A stretch of 64,000 nucleotides of DNA from the NCBI GenBank assembly GCA_951804945.1, contig OX638156.1, forward strand, positions 49,166,001 to 49,230,000, in the 5' to 3' direction. Numbering within the stretch: position 1 is the first letter of the stretch; every line of letters begins with the position of its first letter. Shown in pieces: positions 37,246-50,743 of this stretch. This DNA comes from Podarcis cretensis (lineage: Eukaryota). Made by a program: the position numbers and the translations under genes. Below the pieces are notes generated by a model that saw only the letters and a list, made by a program, of their open reading frames with translations, had not been told where the DNA came from and did not search any database.

Positions 37246-38150
37246 TATGGGCTAAGTATCTTACTTACCTCTTAAAGCCTTGTTTTGTAATTATTTGGTA
37301 TATAGGCCTTGTGACAGTAATCAACGCTGCTTTCTCTTAGTTGCGGGTATGTTTTTCCTCTGCTGGTATAAGGCCATTTGATCCCTGTATGTTATTTAGA
37401 GCTCACCTGTGATTGTTGATTTCTATTTTGATTGGACTGGGAAATACTGCTTGCCTCCAGATGCTGAAAGCTCTCTTTCAGTTCTCCATAGTAGCTTTGC
37501 TTTATCTAAGCTGTCTTTTTCTTTCTTTCTCAAAACTGTTGGTGCTGTTAAAGCTCTATCCAGCACACATTGCTTGTACCTTTCTTAGAGGCACTTAGAG
37601 GATATGTTTACAAAGTATTTTTGCCATAGGTAACTACAAGCACGAAGGTAAAATGTTGTGGAGGTTCTGGAGTAGCTTTCATTCTAGTCTTGGAAGATTA
37701 TGAGTACATATTCTGTGACTGTCATTAAGGCAAATGATCCTTCCTCCATTCCCACAGTCCGTTTTTAGGAAGACTGAAGTCCCTGGGGAAACTTGCAATC
37801 TGCAAACTCATGCAAGGATTGACATGGAGCCATGTGTGTTTAATTTTGCTCTCTCACTTCCCAAACTGCTCTTGGAAGTCACAAAGATTCAGTAAAACCT
37901 TATAGCTATGTCATAAAGGGTTGGGGGTTTTTTGCTAGTTGGTTCCTCATATATTGTGTTTGGTTTCTTATAAATTGCTCTGCATAGTGCTCGTCACATC
38001 TACCTAATCTGGAGGCTTCATTTGAGCTTCCTCTAAGATTAGCACCCTTGCTTGTTTTCAGCTGATCCTTGGAGGCTCAGAGAAAAATGTATGTTAGCTT
38101 TCTTCCCAAAAAGGGCCCTATTTTTTAACTGGGGTTTCTTCTTTTGGCAG

Positions 38151-38335
38151 GCCAATTTATATCCCACTGTGGGGCTCCAGACACCCGGAGAGATAGTGGA
38201 TGCCAACTTTGGGCAGCAGCCGTTTGTGTTTGACATCGAAGATTACATGAGGGAGTGGCGAGCAAAGATTCAGGGCACCATTAAGCGGTTTCCCATAGGT
38301 GACCGGCTAGGTGAATGGCAAGCCATGCTACAGAA
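38151..38335 (+). CDS. RANBP10: RANBP10 exon 6
   Basis: ggcag| [61 protein letters not shown] |gtgagt. Confidence 0.97.
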
Positions 38336-39496
38336 GTGAGTGGGAGCATTAATTTCTTTTTACTTAGAAGCTTCATTAAAGAACATCAATTGCTATAGAG
38401 TGGTCTGCTTATAAAGTACGTCCTGCACCCCTCTTCGTTTATGTTGGACAATTTTTGTGTGTGTTAAAGTTCCTTAATGCTAATGAGGAACAAAGAGCTT
38501 ACTGTTTGCTCTGCACATGTGTATCGTTTTTAAAAAACAAAAACCTGCACAAATCTCATTTTCAGTAGCAATCTCAAGAGTGGAGGGCTGCTTTCAGGAA
38601 CTGTCTGGCTTGATTGCTTTTTAGCCTGTCTGAGGACAAGTCACTGGCAAATCACTGAACCAGATGCGGAGGGAAAGGCGATGGTTTGGAGAAGCATTAC
38701 AGCTTCTATATCTTTGTGTCCCAGACAGAAATGAGGGGAAATGAAGCACAGAGCTCCAGAGCACAGAATTTGAAGTGACCAAGAATCTGATGTCCCCTCT
38801 TCCCAGAAATTTTTTTGGATGAAGCTTTGCAAAATCAACAGGCAGTTGACCATTGGTTGTGAATTGTAGACCACAACACCTGGAGGGAAGCATGTTACAT
38901 TCCAGAGGACAGGGGTGCTATCGCTTTGGATTTTTTATATATTTTGACATATTTTTATAATGCCCTTTGATTATTTTTGTAGAGTGGTTTACAGAACAGT
39001 GATTAGTGTTCTATTATATATGACTTTCAAAAAGGATTAGATAGGCTTATAGGACTGCTACAGACCTCAGTAAGACAGGCAGTGTATTTAATGGTTCATT
39101 ATAGGATTTCCAGTAAATTGGTCCAGGGTCACTTGCTGTTCACCTACATTAATACAGTATCATTTTGAACATCTTATGCAGTGATACTAAAAAAAAATGT
39201 TTGCAACATTAATGTAGGTTTCCTTCACCATAATGCATGCATTTCCTGGGTGCTCTTTAATAACAGTTTGACTGTTCATACCCAAGCAGAAGTTGATCTC
39301 TTCCCTTTGGCTAGCCTAACTCCTGTGTTGCATGTGCGAATGTACCAAGAGTAGTGTCTTCTGTTCCCTTCCCAAAATGCTTTTGTTCACCATATAAGAG
39401 TGTGACATTTTCATTGTAGGAAGCAGGGCCAAGGACAACTCTGGGATACACCGTCTGACTTCAAATTAATGTGATCCTCCCAGATATATTTTACTG

Positions 39497-39832
39497 CAGG
39501 GATAGCCAACTTCCAAGAGATTGTGATTTACTCACACAATTAAAAACTGGCAGTGATCTACCCCTTTTTGGGGGGTCCTGGTCAAAGTTGCTGAGCTTTT
39601 TTTAGGGAGGCAAATCCCGTTTATTGGGGGGATCAGGGCAGGGGAATAAATAATAAGTCGCTCACCCCAAGAGATTGCTAATGAAACAGTCAACATTGCA
39701 GCGACAGCTCCGTCTTCCGGCATAGCAGTCTAGGGGGTGGGGCCAGATAGAGGAGTCAGTGATCATCCACGATCTACAAAAACCTCCTGAGGATTGACCA
39801 GTAGATCATGATCGACCTGTTGGACAGCCCTG
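39497..39832. mobile_element. hAT-like MITE, same family as 5556-5888 in the opposite orientation
   Basis: CAGGGATAGCCAAC...GTTGGACAGCCCTG; shares the ends of the 5556 element in reverse. Confidence 0.7.
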
Positions 39833-39907
39833 CTTTACATCCTTGCCATGGCTCTGTGCTGACAGAGATACCCATTCTACAATTTGCTTTCTGTATTCTC
39901 CCCCCAG

Positions 39908-40020
39908 TATGGTCTCTTCCTATCTGGTCCATCACGGGTACTGTGCTACAGCAACTGCCTTTGCCAGGGTGACAGAAAGTACAATCCAGGAAGAACAGAT
40001 CTCTATAAAGAACAGACAAA
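39908..40020 (+). CDS. RANBP10: RANBP10 exon 7 (LisH)
   Basis: cccag| [37 protein letters not shown] |gtaagt. Confidence 0.97.
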
Positions 40021-41113
40021 GTAAGTTTATTCTTACAACTTCCTCACAACTTTCCCTGAAGACTTGAGAGACAGCCCTTCCTGCCTGCAGCACGACTTCA
40101 GTCCAATATCCACATATTCAGATGCCAAATGGAAGTGGTTACTAGGTAGAACCTCAATATCCTGCACAACTTCCCTTGGGTCCTCTTCTGTGGCTGCCAG
40201 TGTTCCAATGTCTCATCATTTCCCCCCCTCATCATGCCACTCCCAAACCAAATGTTTGGTTTGAGAACTTTAGAAGCAGGATAGTTTACTCAAGGAAAAT
40301 AGGTACTCTTTTATTATTTAATCTGCCAAACCTATATTTTTATAGGTTATATTTCTATTTTTTTAAATGCATACATAAAAAAAGCCTTGCATGTTGTCTT
40401 TGGCCTTCCTTTGCAAAGAACTCACTGCTTTGGGTACAGAGTTATACCTCTAACTCCATGCAGGATTTATGGCACATGAAAGACCACTATCTTCTCTCAA
40501 TTGCTGAATTACTAATATTTATTTGCAATATTTATTGATAATCTTTCTGCTATAAGAACTCCCATAATGGTTCACAATGAAAATAAAATCATTTTATGTG
40601 GGGGGTTTTCCTTTTGCCTCTTAACAAGTTCTCAGAGTAGCTTTCATATAAAGTAATGTAAAGCATCAGTAAACAACTATCAGGTACAAAGTTCACACAT
40701 CAATAAAATTAATAAAATCAATAAACCAACAGGAAGCAGCATGAAGGTATTGCAACATCAGCAGATAAATCAGTATTACTATTCAGTTAAAAACTTAAGA
40801 CAAGAATAACACTTTTTATCCGACACCTAATAATCTGCAGTTGGCACCAGGTGTACCTTCTGGGGAAGAAATTCCACAACTGGGGTGCCATCACACTGAA
40901 GTCCCTATTTGTGGTCACTTTTATCTATCCTCTGAAGTTAGGAGTATCTAGAAAAAGGCCTTTGAACATCATCTGCAATTACTTAGGTTCATGTTCTTCA
41001 GGTATTCAGATAGTCCAACATTTTTATTGCCTGTCTACCTATGGGATTATATGCCGCCTGTCATTATAGGCAATCTTACTGTTCCATCCCAGTGATTCTG
41101 CTTTCATCTGCAG

Positions 41114-41222
41114 GAATACAGAAGCTGGTCTTGGCAGGAAGAGTGGGGGAAGCCATTGAAGCCACACAACAGCTATACCCAGGACTCCTAGAGCACAATC
41201 CTAATCTCCTTTTTATGTTGAA
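41114..41222 (+). CDS. RANBP10: RANBP10 exon 8 (CTLH)
   Basis: ctgcag| [35 protein letters not shown] |gtgagt. Confidence 0.97.
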
Positions 41223-42187
41223 GTGAGTACATCCAAATCCTTTCAAGTACAGTAAGACCTGCAATGTGAGGAACATAAGAAGACAGAGGCTTATACTGGA
41301 ACTACTGGCTGTGATCTATCAAAACGAGTCTAATGATACAATGATACAAACATTCCAGGTTTTTACTTTGTCAATTACAATTAGAAGCTGTCAGGAGAAG
41401 ATCACTGCACTTTGAATGGTGGTTAATAAATTTATTAAATGAAGGAAGAATAAGTGATGTGTAGTGCTGAAAAGGTGACCCCATTGGTTAGGGTAGCAGG
41501 CTTGAGCCACATTCCAACTTATTCCAGAAGAGCTGGGGATGGCAAATCATCCAGTGAAAGGTTGCTTTACCTATAGAATGATGCTTTAAACATCTCTCTA
41601 TGTTAAGACATTATTTGCAATGGCACCGTTTTCCTCCATGGTATCGTTCCTTGTCCTTCTCTGTACTTCAAAACATGCATTCAGACCTGAATTGCTTGCT
41701 TTCGTTATTAACACTCATAAAACACCTAACATTTTTAATTGCTGTACAAGCTCACAATCTAATAATCTAGTACAGGTAGATCATCTGGTTGTAGTTCATC
41801 AACATCTGGAGATCCAAAGGTTTCCCACACTGGATCTAGTTGGTCATACTAAGTAGTGGTCTGAACCTATACCACTTTCACAGAGAATCAACTTTTTTTA
41901 CTCTAAACACACCTGTGATTTTAGAAGTGGCTGTCTGCAATGATGGAACATGGAACAAGGTGCTAGGCTTTGCTGTATCTGTTCCTTCAAAAGTGAACTA
42001 TAAAAGGGTCTTGTAATTAATTAATTAATTTGATGCCAAAGTAGGCTTCTAAGCAGCTTATCAGTATAGAAACTTGTCTCATTTCTTCTTCATGGTTCTC
42101 TTATTAACACTTGCTGCACAATTCTAATTCTTTTCCATGAGAAGCAAAGCTTAAGGGTGACTGGTTGCTCCCAGTGTGAAGCCAAAA

Positions 42188-42360
42188 TGCTATGGCTCAG
42201 TGGTAGAGCACATGCTTTGCCTACAGAAGGTCCCAGATTCAAGCGCTGGCATTTCCAGGAAGGACTGGGAAAGACCCCTGCCTGAAACACACCCTGGATT
42301 AGACAATACTGAGCTAGATGGATGACTGGCCTGACTTGGTGTAAGACAGCTTCATGTGTT
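42188..42360 (+). mobile_element. tRNA-derived SINE (second squamate family)
   Basis: A-box tggctcagtgg, B-box-like gattcaagc, 3' part gacaatactgagctagatgga. Same family on + at ~36735-36890 and ~54290-54485. Confidence 0.75.
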
Positions 42361-42775
42361 GACCTTATCTACTAGCTCCAGCTCCTGAAGAATACTAATT
42401 CAGCAAGAGAGAAAATTTTCACTCGTTAGTGCCACTTTCAGACATTTCAGTAAAAAGATTTTGCTCTGTGGCTGGAGTGGTTTCCTGTCTTGGGAAGGGG
42501 CTTAACATGTGTCTGTTCCTTTATACTGGGCTTTTGAATGGAACATTAAATTCATGCATCATCTTGCGGGTGACATCTCTAGCTGAAAACTTTGCTTTCG
42601 ACACTAGAATGCTGCTTTTCTCATCTGGGTGTTTCTAAAGATCCTTGTTTGTTCTAGGCTGCAGCTACTAATGGGTGCTAAAATGCTTGCATGTTTCTCA
42701 TGATCCATTGCACAGCATCCATTGCTCTGGCATTTTGTGTTTCAAAATTTTCTCTTCCTCTCTCCTTGCACACAG

Positions 42776-42924
42776 GTGCCGGCAGTTTGTGGAGATGGTG
42801 AATGGAACAGACAGTGAAGTACGTTGTTTCAGTGCCCGCAGCCCCAAATCCCAGGACAGCTACCCTGATTCCCCCAACCTAAGTCCAAGGCACGGCTCTA
42901 ACAATTTGCACATTCACAGCACTG
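42776..42924 (+). CDS. RANBP10: RANBP10 exon 9
   Basis: cacag| [49 protein letters not shown] |gtaagt. Confidence 0.96.
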
Positions 42925-43165
42925 GTAAGTGTTGATTACTCTGCTAGGAAATCAGTTACTTGGCTTTCTTCTACAGAGCACTCTAGCAACATTCAGGCCT
43001 TCTGCAAATGAACCCTAACCCTTTTAGTACTTTTCCAGCTCCCTGCCCAATGGTACTTATTACACAATGTGCACCCATAATGAAGCACTTGAGATGTTTG
43101 GGGAGAATTCTTGGTGTGTTCACACCTCACTCCACTTGTTAGGAATTCTCTCCCTGTACTGTGAG

Positions 43166-43518
43166 CAGGTGGCGCTGTGGGTAAAACCTCAGTGCCTAGG
43201 ACTTGCTGATCACATGGTCGGCGGTTCGAATCCCCGCGGCGGGGTGCACTCCCGTTGCTCGGTCCCAGCGCCTGCCAACCTAGCAGTTCAAAAGCATCCC
43301 CGGGTGCAAGTAGATAAATAGGGACCGCTTACTAGCGGGAAGGTAAACGGCGTTTCTGTGTGCTGCTCTGGCTCACCAGAGCAGCTTCGTCACGCTGGCC
43401 ACGTGACCCGGAAGTGTCTGCGGACAGCGCTGGCTCCCGGCCTATAGAGTGAGATGAGCGCACAACCCTAGAGTCTGTCAAGACTGGCCCTTATGGGCAG
43501 GGGTACCTTTACCTTTTT
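43166..43518 (+). mobile_element. Sauria SINE
   Basis: caggtggcgctgtgggtaaaacc...ggcggttcgaatccc...gggtacctttacc tail. TSD TACTGTGAG at 43157-43165 and 43519-43527. Confidence 0.92.
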
Positions 43519-43611
43519 TACTGTGAGAGAAGAGCCAAAGCTCAGGAGGGTGTGGAGAAGTACTGTCCTATAGGCCTTACCACTGTGTTCATTCAGTGCC
43601 CTGTCTGTACA

Positions 43612-43790
43612 TAGGAACATAGGGAGCTGCCTTATACCGAGTCAGACCCCTGGTCCATCTAGCTCAGTACTGTCCATGTTGACAGGCTGTAGCTCTACAG
43701 GGGCTCAGGCAGGGATTTCCTCAAACCCTACCTGGAGAGGCCAAGGATGAAATCGGGGATCTTCTGCATGCAGAACTATGGCCCTTCCCC
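43612..43790 (-). mobile_element. tRNA-derived SINE, same family as 42188, antisense
   Basis: gagctgccttataccgagtcagacccctggtccatctagctcagtactgtc is the reverse complement of the 42300-42360 segment. Another antisense copy lies at ~46760-46930. Confidence 0.75.
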
Positions 43791-44490
43791 ACTGTAGGTT
43801 CTGTAGGCCTACAGGGAAGGCCAAACTAGAAATGACCTTGACGTGTAACTGGATATCCTGTCTAATTTTAAACTTTAAAAAAAGTCAACAGGGGAAACAG
43901 GCATTCAGTTAGATCAGGGCCACAACACTAAAGGATGGGGCTGGGGCCAAACTTTTCCTCTTGTGCCCTTTGCCCATTTTAAAACTCCTTCCACTTCCAA
44001 GAAGAATTGTCTCTTAAGTGTTTTCCTAATAAGGAAGATAGCAGGAAGAGAGAGGATAGTGTCACCTCCTCCCAGCACCACAGTCTTGATCAGAACCCAC
44101 ACACAGAAATGTAAGTAAATGGCAGATCCATGGGTGGGGTGAGAGAGGTGTAAATCCTCTGGCCTTGCAATGCTGTCTCGGGGATCACAGAATTGCTCCT
44201 TAAGGTGCTTGTCTTTAGAGGTATTGTCCAATATGGATGTCCATGTCACATAACCATTGCATTAATTAATATCCATGTTGCTTAGGCACATTCCTCATAC
44301 CATTTTATCTTGCCAGTGCCTGTCTACTGATAGCAAGTACTTGGCCACTTGCCTTTGCCTGGATATGTGTGTTCTGTGCACATTTCAGTAAGATGTATTG
44401 GGGTGTGTGGTTTTCAGCTTCGAGTAAGCATTAGATCAGACCAAGGTCTTGCTGCTTGTGGTTAGCAGCATCAGAAATAGGGACTAAGTA

Positions 44491-44914
44491 CCATATATAC
44501 TCGAGTATAAGCCGACTCGGATATAAAAAGCCAAGGCACCTAATTTTAGGACAAAAAACTGGGGAAACTTATTGACTCGAGTATAAGCCGGTTCAACACA
44601 CCACAAACTTGGTGGTGGCGGCAGCGGAGGAGGAGGAAGAACAAGCAGCCTGAAAGGGCTGCTTTTGGGCTGCTCGTTCCTCCTCTGCCACTGCCAACAG
44701 TGGCGGAAGAGGAGGAAGAACAAGTAGCTCGCTTCGCTGCCGCCACTGCCAACAGGGACAAAGGCAGAGGAGGAGGAAGGTGCAGCTCAAAAGGGCTCCT
44801 TTCTTGCCGCTCGTCCCGCCGCCACCGCCTGCCTCACTCAAGTATAAGCTGAGGGAGGCTTTTTCAGCATTAGAAATATGCTGAAAAAGTCGGCTTATTT
44901 TCGAGTATATACGG
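44491..44914. mobile_element. Tc1/mariner (Tc2/pogo-like) MITE with GC-rich interior
   Basis: TA|CCATATATACTCGAGTATAAGCCG...CGGCTTATTTTCGAGTATATACGG|TA, with internal repeats of CTCGAGTATAAGC. Confidence 0.85.
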
Positions 44915-45012
44915 TAGTCTAAGGTGGACATTGAAGTGGGTTTGTCCAGATCCCCTTGCAACATTAAAACAGAGCAGGGGCACCAGTCCTCATTCTTTTC
45001 CTTCTGTTTCAG

Positions 45013-45208
45013 GAGCGGACAGCCCAAGCTGTAGCAATGGAGTTACTTCCATAAAAAACAAACAGAGCCACTGTAAATATCCAGCACTGAGCTCGTCGTC
45101 ATCATCCTCTTCCTCGTCATCCCCTTCATCGGTGAACTACTCAGAGTCTAACTCCACAGATTCCACCAAGTCCCAGCAGCACAGCAGCACCAGCAACCAA
45201 GAGACCAG
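45013..45208 (+). CDS. RANBP10: RANBP10 exon 10 (poly-Ser)
   Basis: tttcag| [64 protein letters not shown] |gtagca. The poly-Ser tract is typical of RANBP10 rather than RANBP9. Confidence 0.95.
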
Positions 45209-45327
45209 GTAGCACAGAAGCGCTCTTTCTAGTGAGAAGTGTGTAGCAGGCAGCTGTAACAGGGGGTGGAAACTGATGTAGCGTCCTGCTTCTTATGCCT
45301 AGTCATTTGCAAATGCAGAAGCAGCAG

Positions 45328-45352
45328 ACACACACACACACACACACACACA
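45328..45352. repeat. (CA)n microsatellite
   Basis: Direct reading. Confidence 0.9.
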
Positions 45353-45580
45353 AATCCATTTTCCTGACCCAGTTGAATTCCCTTTCAATATAATTTGACA
45401 CTTGTGTTAATCACAGCAGTATATACATTTTATAATTTCAGTCTGAAAATCCACCAAGAACTTCTGGTTGATGTGCAGTGTGCTTTAATCCTCACTGACG
45501 CTGTCTTTCCTGTTAGCTATTCCTCTCATTCTCCCAGGCAGACTCCTTTGCTTTCTAAGACCTTCTTTTTTTCCACACAG

Positions 45581-45705
45581 TGACAGTGAGATGGAGATGG
45601 AGGCAGAGCATTACCCCAATGGAGTCCTTGAGAATTCTGCTACAAGGATAATGAATGGCACTTACAAACATGAAGAGATTCTGCAGACAGATGATTCCAG
45701 CATGG
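45581..45705 (+). CDS. RANBP10: RANBP10 exon 11
   Basis: cacacag| [41 protein letters not shown] |gtaggg. Not represented in the ORF track. Confidence 0.95.
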
Positions 45706-46474
45706 GTAGGGTTTAGTGTGGAAAGCATCTTCTCATCTCTGTTCCAGGGAACACTCAGCTTAGCAAGTGTGGGTGATGTTCCCTAAGGAAACTGCTACTT
45801 GGGGTGCCTCTTCCAGTCCAGAAACCTGCAGAGAGGGCATGGGATGCAAAAAAATTTTGTTTCTAAAATTAGTTAGATCATTAGAATATCAAACAGTAAA
45901 ATTTTGAAAACGATGAAGTAATTTCTTGCACCACGATTGAAGTGCCAATGTAATTTATAGCTGCTGATGGACAGCATTTTAAAACTAAATGCCAGAGATT
46001 TACCAACTGCCTGCTGCAAAACCAGAACAATTTAACTTTTTAAAATGTCTGCATTTTATTAGTACCTGAATATTAACCTCAACATTTCATTGTCCTGTTA
46101 TATGTCACTTAAAAGCTATAATTTCTGTTTGTAAACCAATAGCCAGGTGTGTACATCAAAGCAAGCATTTCTTTCTTTAATCTTACACTTAGAGCTGCAC
46201 TTCACATGTGCTTTGGCACAGGATTTTGGTCCAGTCTTAACAATTTTACGCTACATGTTTTTGGAGATAGCTAATGCTGGAAACTTAGCAGCCCAAAAGG
46301 ACTTTTGATCTTGCTTCTAGTGGTGGGACTTCCCTGAGCCTTCTGCTGTTGACCTTACTGGAATTGAACTAACTGGCTTTTTGAGAGACAGAGATGGAGG
46401 AAGGTGATTGCTTTGGTGCTCCAGCCCTTCCCTTCTTTTCACTTTCCCTTCCTTTCTTCTTTCCTTTACTCTAG

Positions 46475-46620
46475 AAGATGGCTGTCCTCAGAGGCAGCTC
46501 TGTGGAGGGAACCATGCTGCCACTGAGCGGATGATCCAGTTTGGGCGGGAGCTGCAGACCCTGAGCGAGCAGCTGTGCAGAGAGTATGGGAAGAATACGA
46601 CACATAAAAAAATGTTGCAG
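46475..46620 (+). CDS. RANBP10: RANBP10 exon 12 (CRA)
   Basis: ctag| [48 protein letters not shown] |gtgtgc. Confidence 0.95.
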
Positions 46621-47608
46621 GTGTGCCATGTGACTGAGAACCCCATTCACATTCGTGACCCAGAACTTGAAACCATTCATTCATTCAAAATATCCCCATT
46701 TCACCTCTCAATATAAAATTGCTATGGTGGTTGCTTGCAATAAAAAATAAAAACAGTATAATAGGAAGCTGCTTTATAGTGAGTCAGACCTTTAGTCCTT
46801 TCAGCTCAGTCCATACTGACTGGCACCAGCTCTCCAGGATTTCAGGCAGAGGACATTCCCAGCCCTACTGGGAGATTCCAGGGGTTGAATTTGGGACTTT
46901 CTGCATTCAAAACATGTTCTACCACTGCAATAGAGCAGTGTCGCAGGAGGAGTTTTTAAAACTAATAAAACCATCAACACCCAATTGGTCACTTAAAACT
47001 GTTTTAAAACCCAAGGAAAATAGTACTGTGTTGACCCTGACACCTAAGGGTTTTAGATTCGCTACCAAGAAATAGCTAAAAGAATTCCACAGATGAGATA
47101 CCACTGCCAAGGAAGCCCTGGAGCCCTCTGTTTCATATCAGGAGAAAGGGTTGCACAAGAAGGACACTCTATGCCCTCCCGTTTTCCAGAGAAGTCACCT
47201 TGGTTTGCACTTATCATAGTTCATAACCCAAACTACCATTCAGGCTTTCAAAGATAGAACTGGCAAAGATGTAGATTAGTGTCACTTGCCTGCTTTCATT
47301 TCTGTATACTCATCACTTAGCTTTATCTTTGTGCCTGCATCCATGGTGCAGTAGCCATAACTGCGGTTTGTCACATGAGATGGGATTCCTTAAGCTTGGT
47401 TTTTCATACTGCCTGAACTGAGCCATTACACATCTTGCTTGGACCAAGAATAGTAGTTAAATACCAACAGGACAAACTGCTCTTTGTCCTCTTTGGGTTA
47501 AAAACTATTTAGTTCAGTATTTTAAAACATGTTGGGAATCCATATAATCGTTTCCCTGCAATTTCTTTAGATCCACTTTCTCCCAAGCAGAGCAGTGAGT
47601 TCATGTGA

Positions 47609-47917
<309 letters not shown>

Positions 47918-48719
47918 TGAGGCTACTGATGCTGGAGGGCAGCTGGCAGAATTATTGCTTGCCTTGCAAAATCTCTGCAGTGTTCTTTAATTTCCCCCAA
48001 CATTTTGCTTAGTTTTCCCCATGTTCCATGAAGACCTCCTGAAATATTATAGTGTTATGCCGCTGCCATAGTTTTAAGGACTGCTGAGCGAAGCCATAGC
48101 CACTGTGTGTGCTTTTGCTGCACACATATTTATCATCACAGAGCTGAAAGCTGGAGTGGGGAGCAGACTTGCAAAATCTCACCTCACCCATGAATTCAGT
48201 AGGTAGCTTGAGCTTCAGCCACCCTTTCTGTAACGAGGGCATAATGCCACTAATTTGCCTTACAGGGTTATTATATAGAGTAATGTGGCAACATATGTAA
48301 TGAATTTGGGATACCTCGATAAAACTTGAAGGCATGGTCCAACAGATGCTGAGCTTTCATCGGTCTCACTGCTTACCATGAAATAAAGCTATGACTGTGT
48401 ATAATTTTCATATTGAAACCAGTGGGCTGCAACCTTGCTGAACTTGGGCCAGATTCATGTACTTAACCTTTGAGTGTCATCAGGCTTCAGATCTTTCCCT
48501 TCGTAGGGGCTGCGTGCATTCCAGAGCCTGTGTCCCTCCAGGTTGCTGGACTACAGCTCCCATCACTCCTGACCACTGGCCGTGCTGGTTGGGGCTGGTG
48601 GGGGTTTGGAGCCCATTGACAACTGGAGAGACTCCCACTCCTCTTCTGTGTTTTACAGTCCTCTGCGGGGAAGAGCCTTCTTGCAGCTTTGGGGTGGGGG
48701 TGGGGAATGGAATAAGTAG

Positions 48720-48917
<198 letters not shown>

Positions 48918-50743
48918 CCACTGAGTGTGACAGAGTGACCCCTCCAGTGCTGCCACCATCACTTCCCCCTGCCTCGCATTTTCCCACTGCCCCCAAGGGC
49001 AAGCTGCCCAGTGGAAGGACACATTGCTGACTGAGGGGGAATCCTTGTGATGCCTTCATTTCTCACCTTGGAAACTGCTGGCAGGGCCTTCCCCCTGTCG
49101 TCGTCACCACCACAGCCTGCTCTGCCCTGCAGCCATTGCAGCACTCAGTATTTTCACTGGTCATTCTGATGTAGCGCCTTTCCTACTTTAGGATTTTATT
49201 TTATTTTATTTTATTTTCTGACTGAGCCACCAGTATTTATATCTGGAGAGTTTGTGCTGAGCTGGTTTCTACTAATTTAGAGATAAAAGTGTATCTGTTG
49301 GTGATGGCCTGCTTTTATTTTCACGAGGGGAAACTGCTGGCACGCATGTCACCAGGGCAGTGTTGTTCTCTAGTGCTAGTCCCCTTAAAGGCAAGAGGCT
49401 TTGTGTTTTGACTGGAGACCAACCTGTGCCACCACATCTCTACTGCCGGAGCAGAAAGGCTCATTTGTCTCTTTTTTGCCATGTGATATTCAAGTTCAAG
49501 AACTGACAGGTGGCCATTGGAACTTCTGTGGAGAAAAGCTGAGAATGAGAACGAAAGGTGTGCAGTATTTTGCTCTCATCTTCTAGTAAAATGGCCTGAT
49601 ACTCTGAGACAGATGGAGATGGTCTTAACCGAGCATACCCCACCCCCACCCTAAACATGGTTGAGAGCAGGAACAATGTCTTGCCTAAACACATCCAACA
49701 TTATAACACAGGCAGCTGAGATGATGACCTCCAGATGTTGGACTCCAGTTCCCATCAGCCCCAGCTAACATGATCAGTGGTCAGGGATTATGGGATCTGT
49801 AGTCTTAACAACATCTGGAAAGCATCATCTTAACTACCTATGCATTAGAGGAAGGGATCATAGGCCCAATGCAGTTTGATTAGCACATTTAATCCAATAT
49901 GGGCATTTAGGTGGCAGCTAGCATCAAACAAATGGGACTTGTCCCATAGAGATGTTGAAGGCAGAGTGACTTTACCTGTCTTTTAAATGGAATATTGTCA
50001 GATGATGTGGAAACTGGGAGATATGTGTCACTCTAGCCTTTTCTATTTGAGCTAGAGACTCTCCTAGGGGTTTTCACTTGGACTGCTGTCTGCTTTTTTA
50101 TACAGTTGCACGCCCCCTGTGTGTTGGGGTCGTTCATAGTTGACAAGCTCCCATTCCAGGTTTGGGGCTCCGGTAGATCAGATCACAACCTCCCTCATTA
50201 CCTGTGGATCTTTGTTCCACACTGAACTTGAAGTCCATCAGATGCTTGAATGACAACTGATCAGCCACAAATGAAAATGTGAAATTGAGGACATAAGCCA
50301 ATATTTAGTTTTTCCTTTTAAAAAAAGTGTACAGTTTTTATTCCAAGGAGTAGCCATTAAAAAAAAAAAAGGACTGACACTTCTAAACCAGGGTATTGCA
50401 GAAATCCTCACAAAAAGTTGCTAGGCATAATGGGTGAAAAACTCAGGTGCCAGTCTAATTTATATGAGGGTGTATATATGTATATCAAGAGAGGCACACT
50501 ACTAAAAGCAATTTTGTCAGATTATAGTATGGATTATGCAGCTTCAGAATTGTTGCTTTGCTGGCATATTTCAACATCTTGTCTAGCTTTTAATATACAT
50601 TTCTGATGGGAAAAGTGACTCCTATAAAATCAACAAGCGAGACATTTAGCTCAAGTGGTTTTTCAGTATTGCAGAAGGTTACGGGGAATGTGCTAAATAA
50701 GAAGTGTGCTTCTTGAGGTGAAGAACAGTGGTCACATTTAGAA

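Noticed and set aside
43166-43240. tRNA-like A/B boxes (also at 42190 and 55640)
   Set aside because: These are SINE heads with SINE bodies attached, not tRNA genes.
44484-45027. Ala/Ser/Pro-rich minus-strand ORFs
   Set aside because: They derive from the low-complexity interior of a Tc1/mariner-type MITE.
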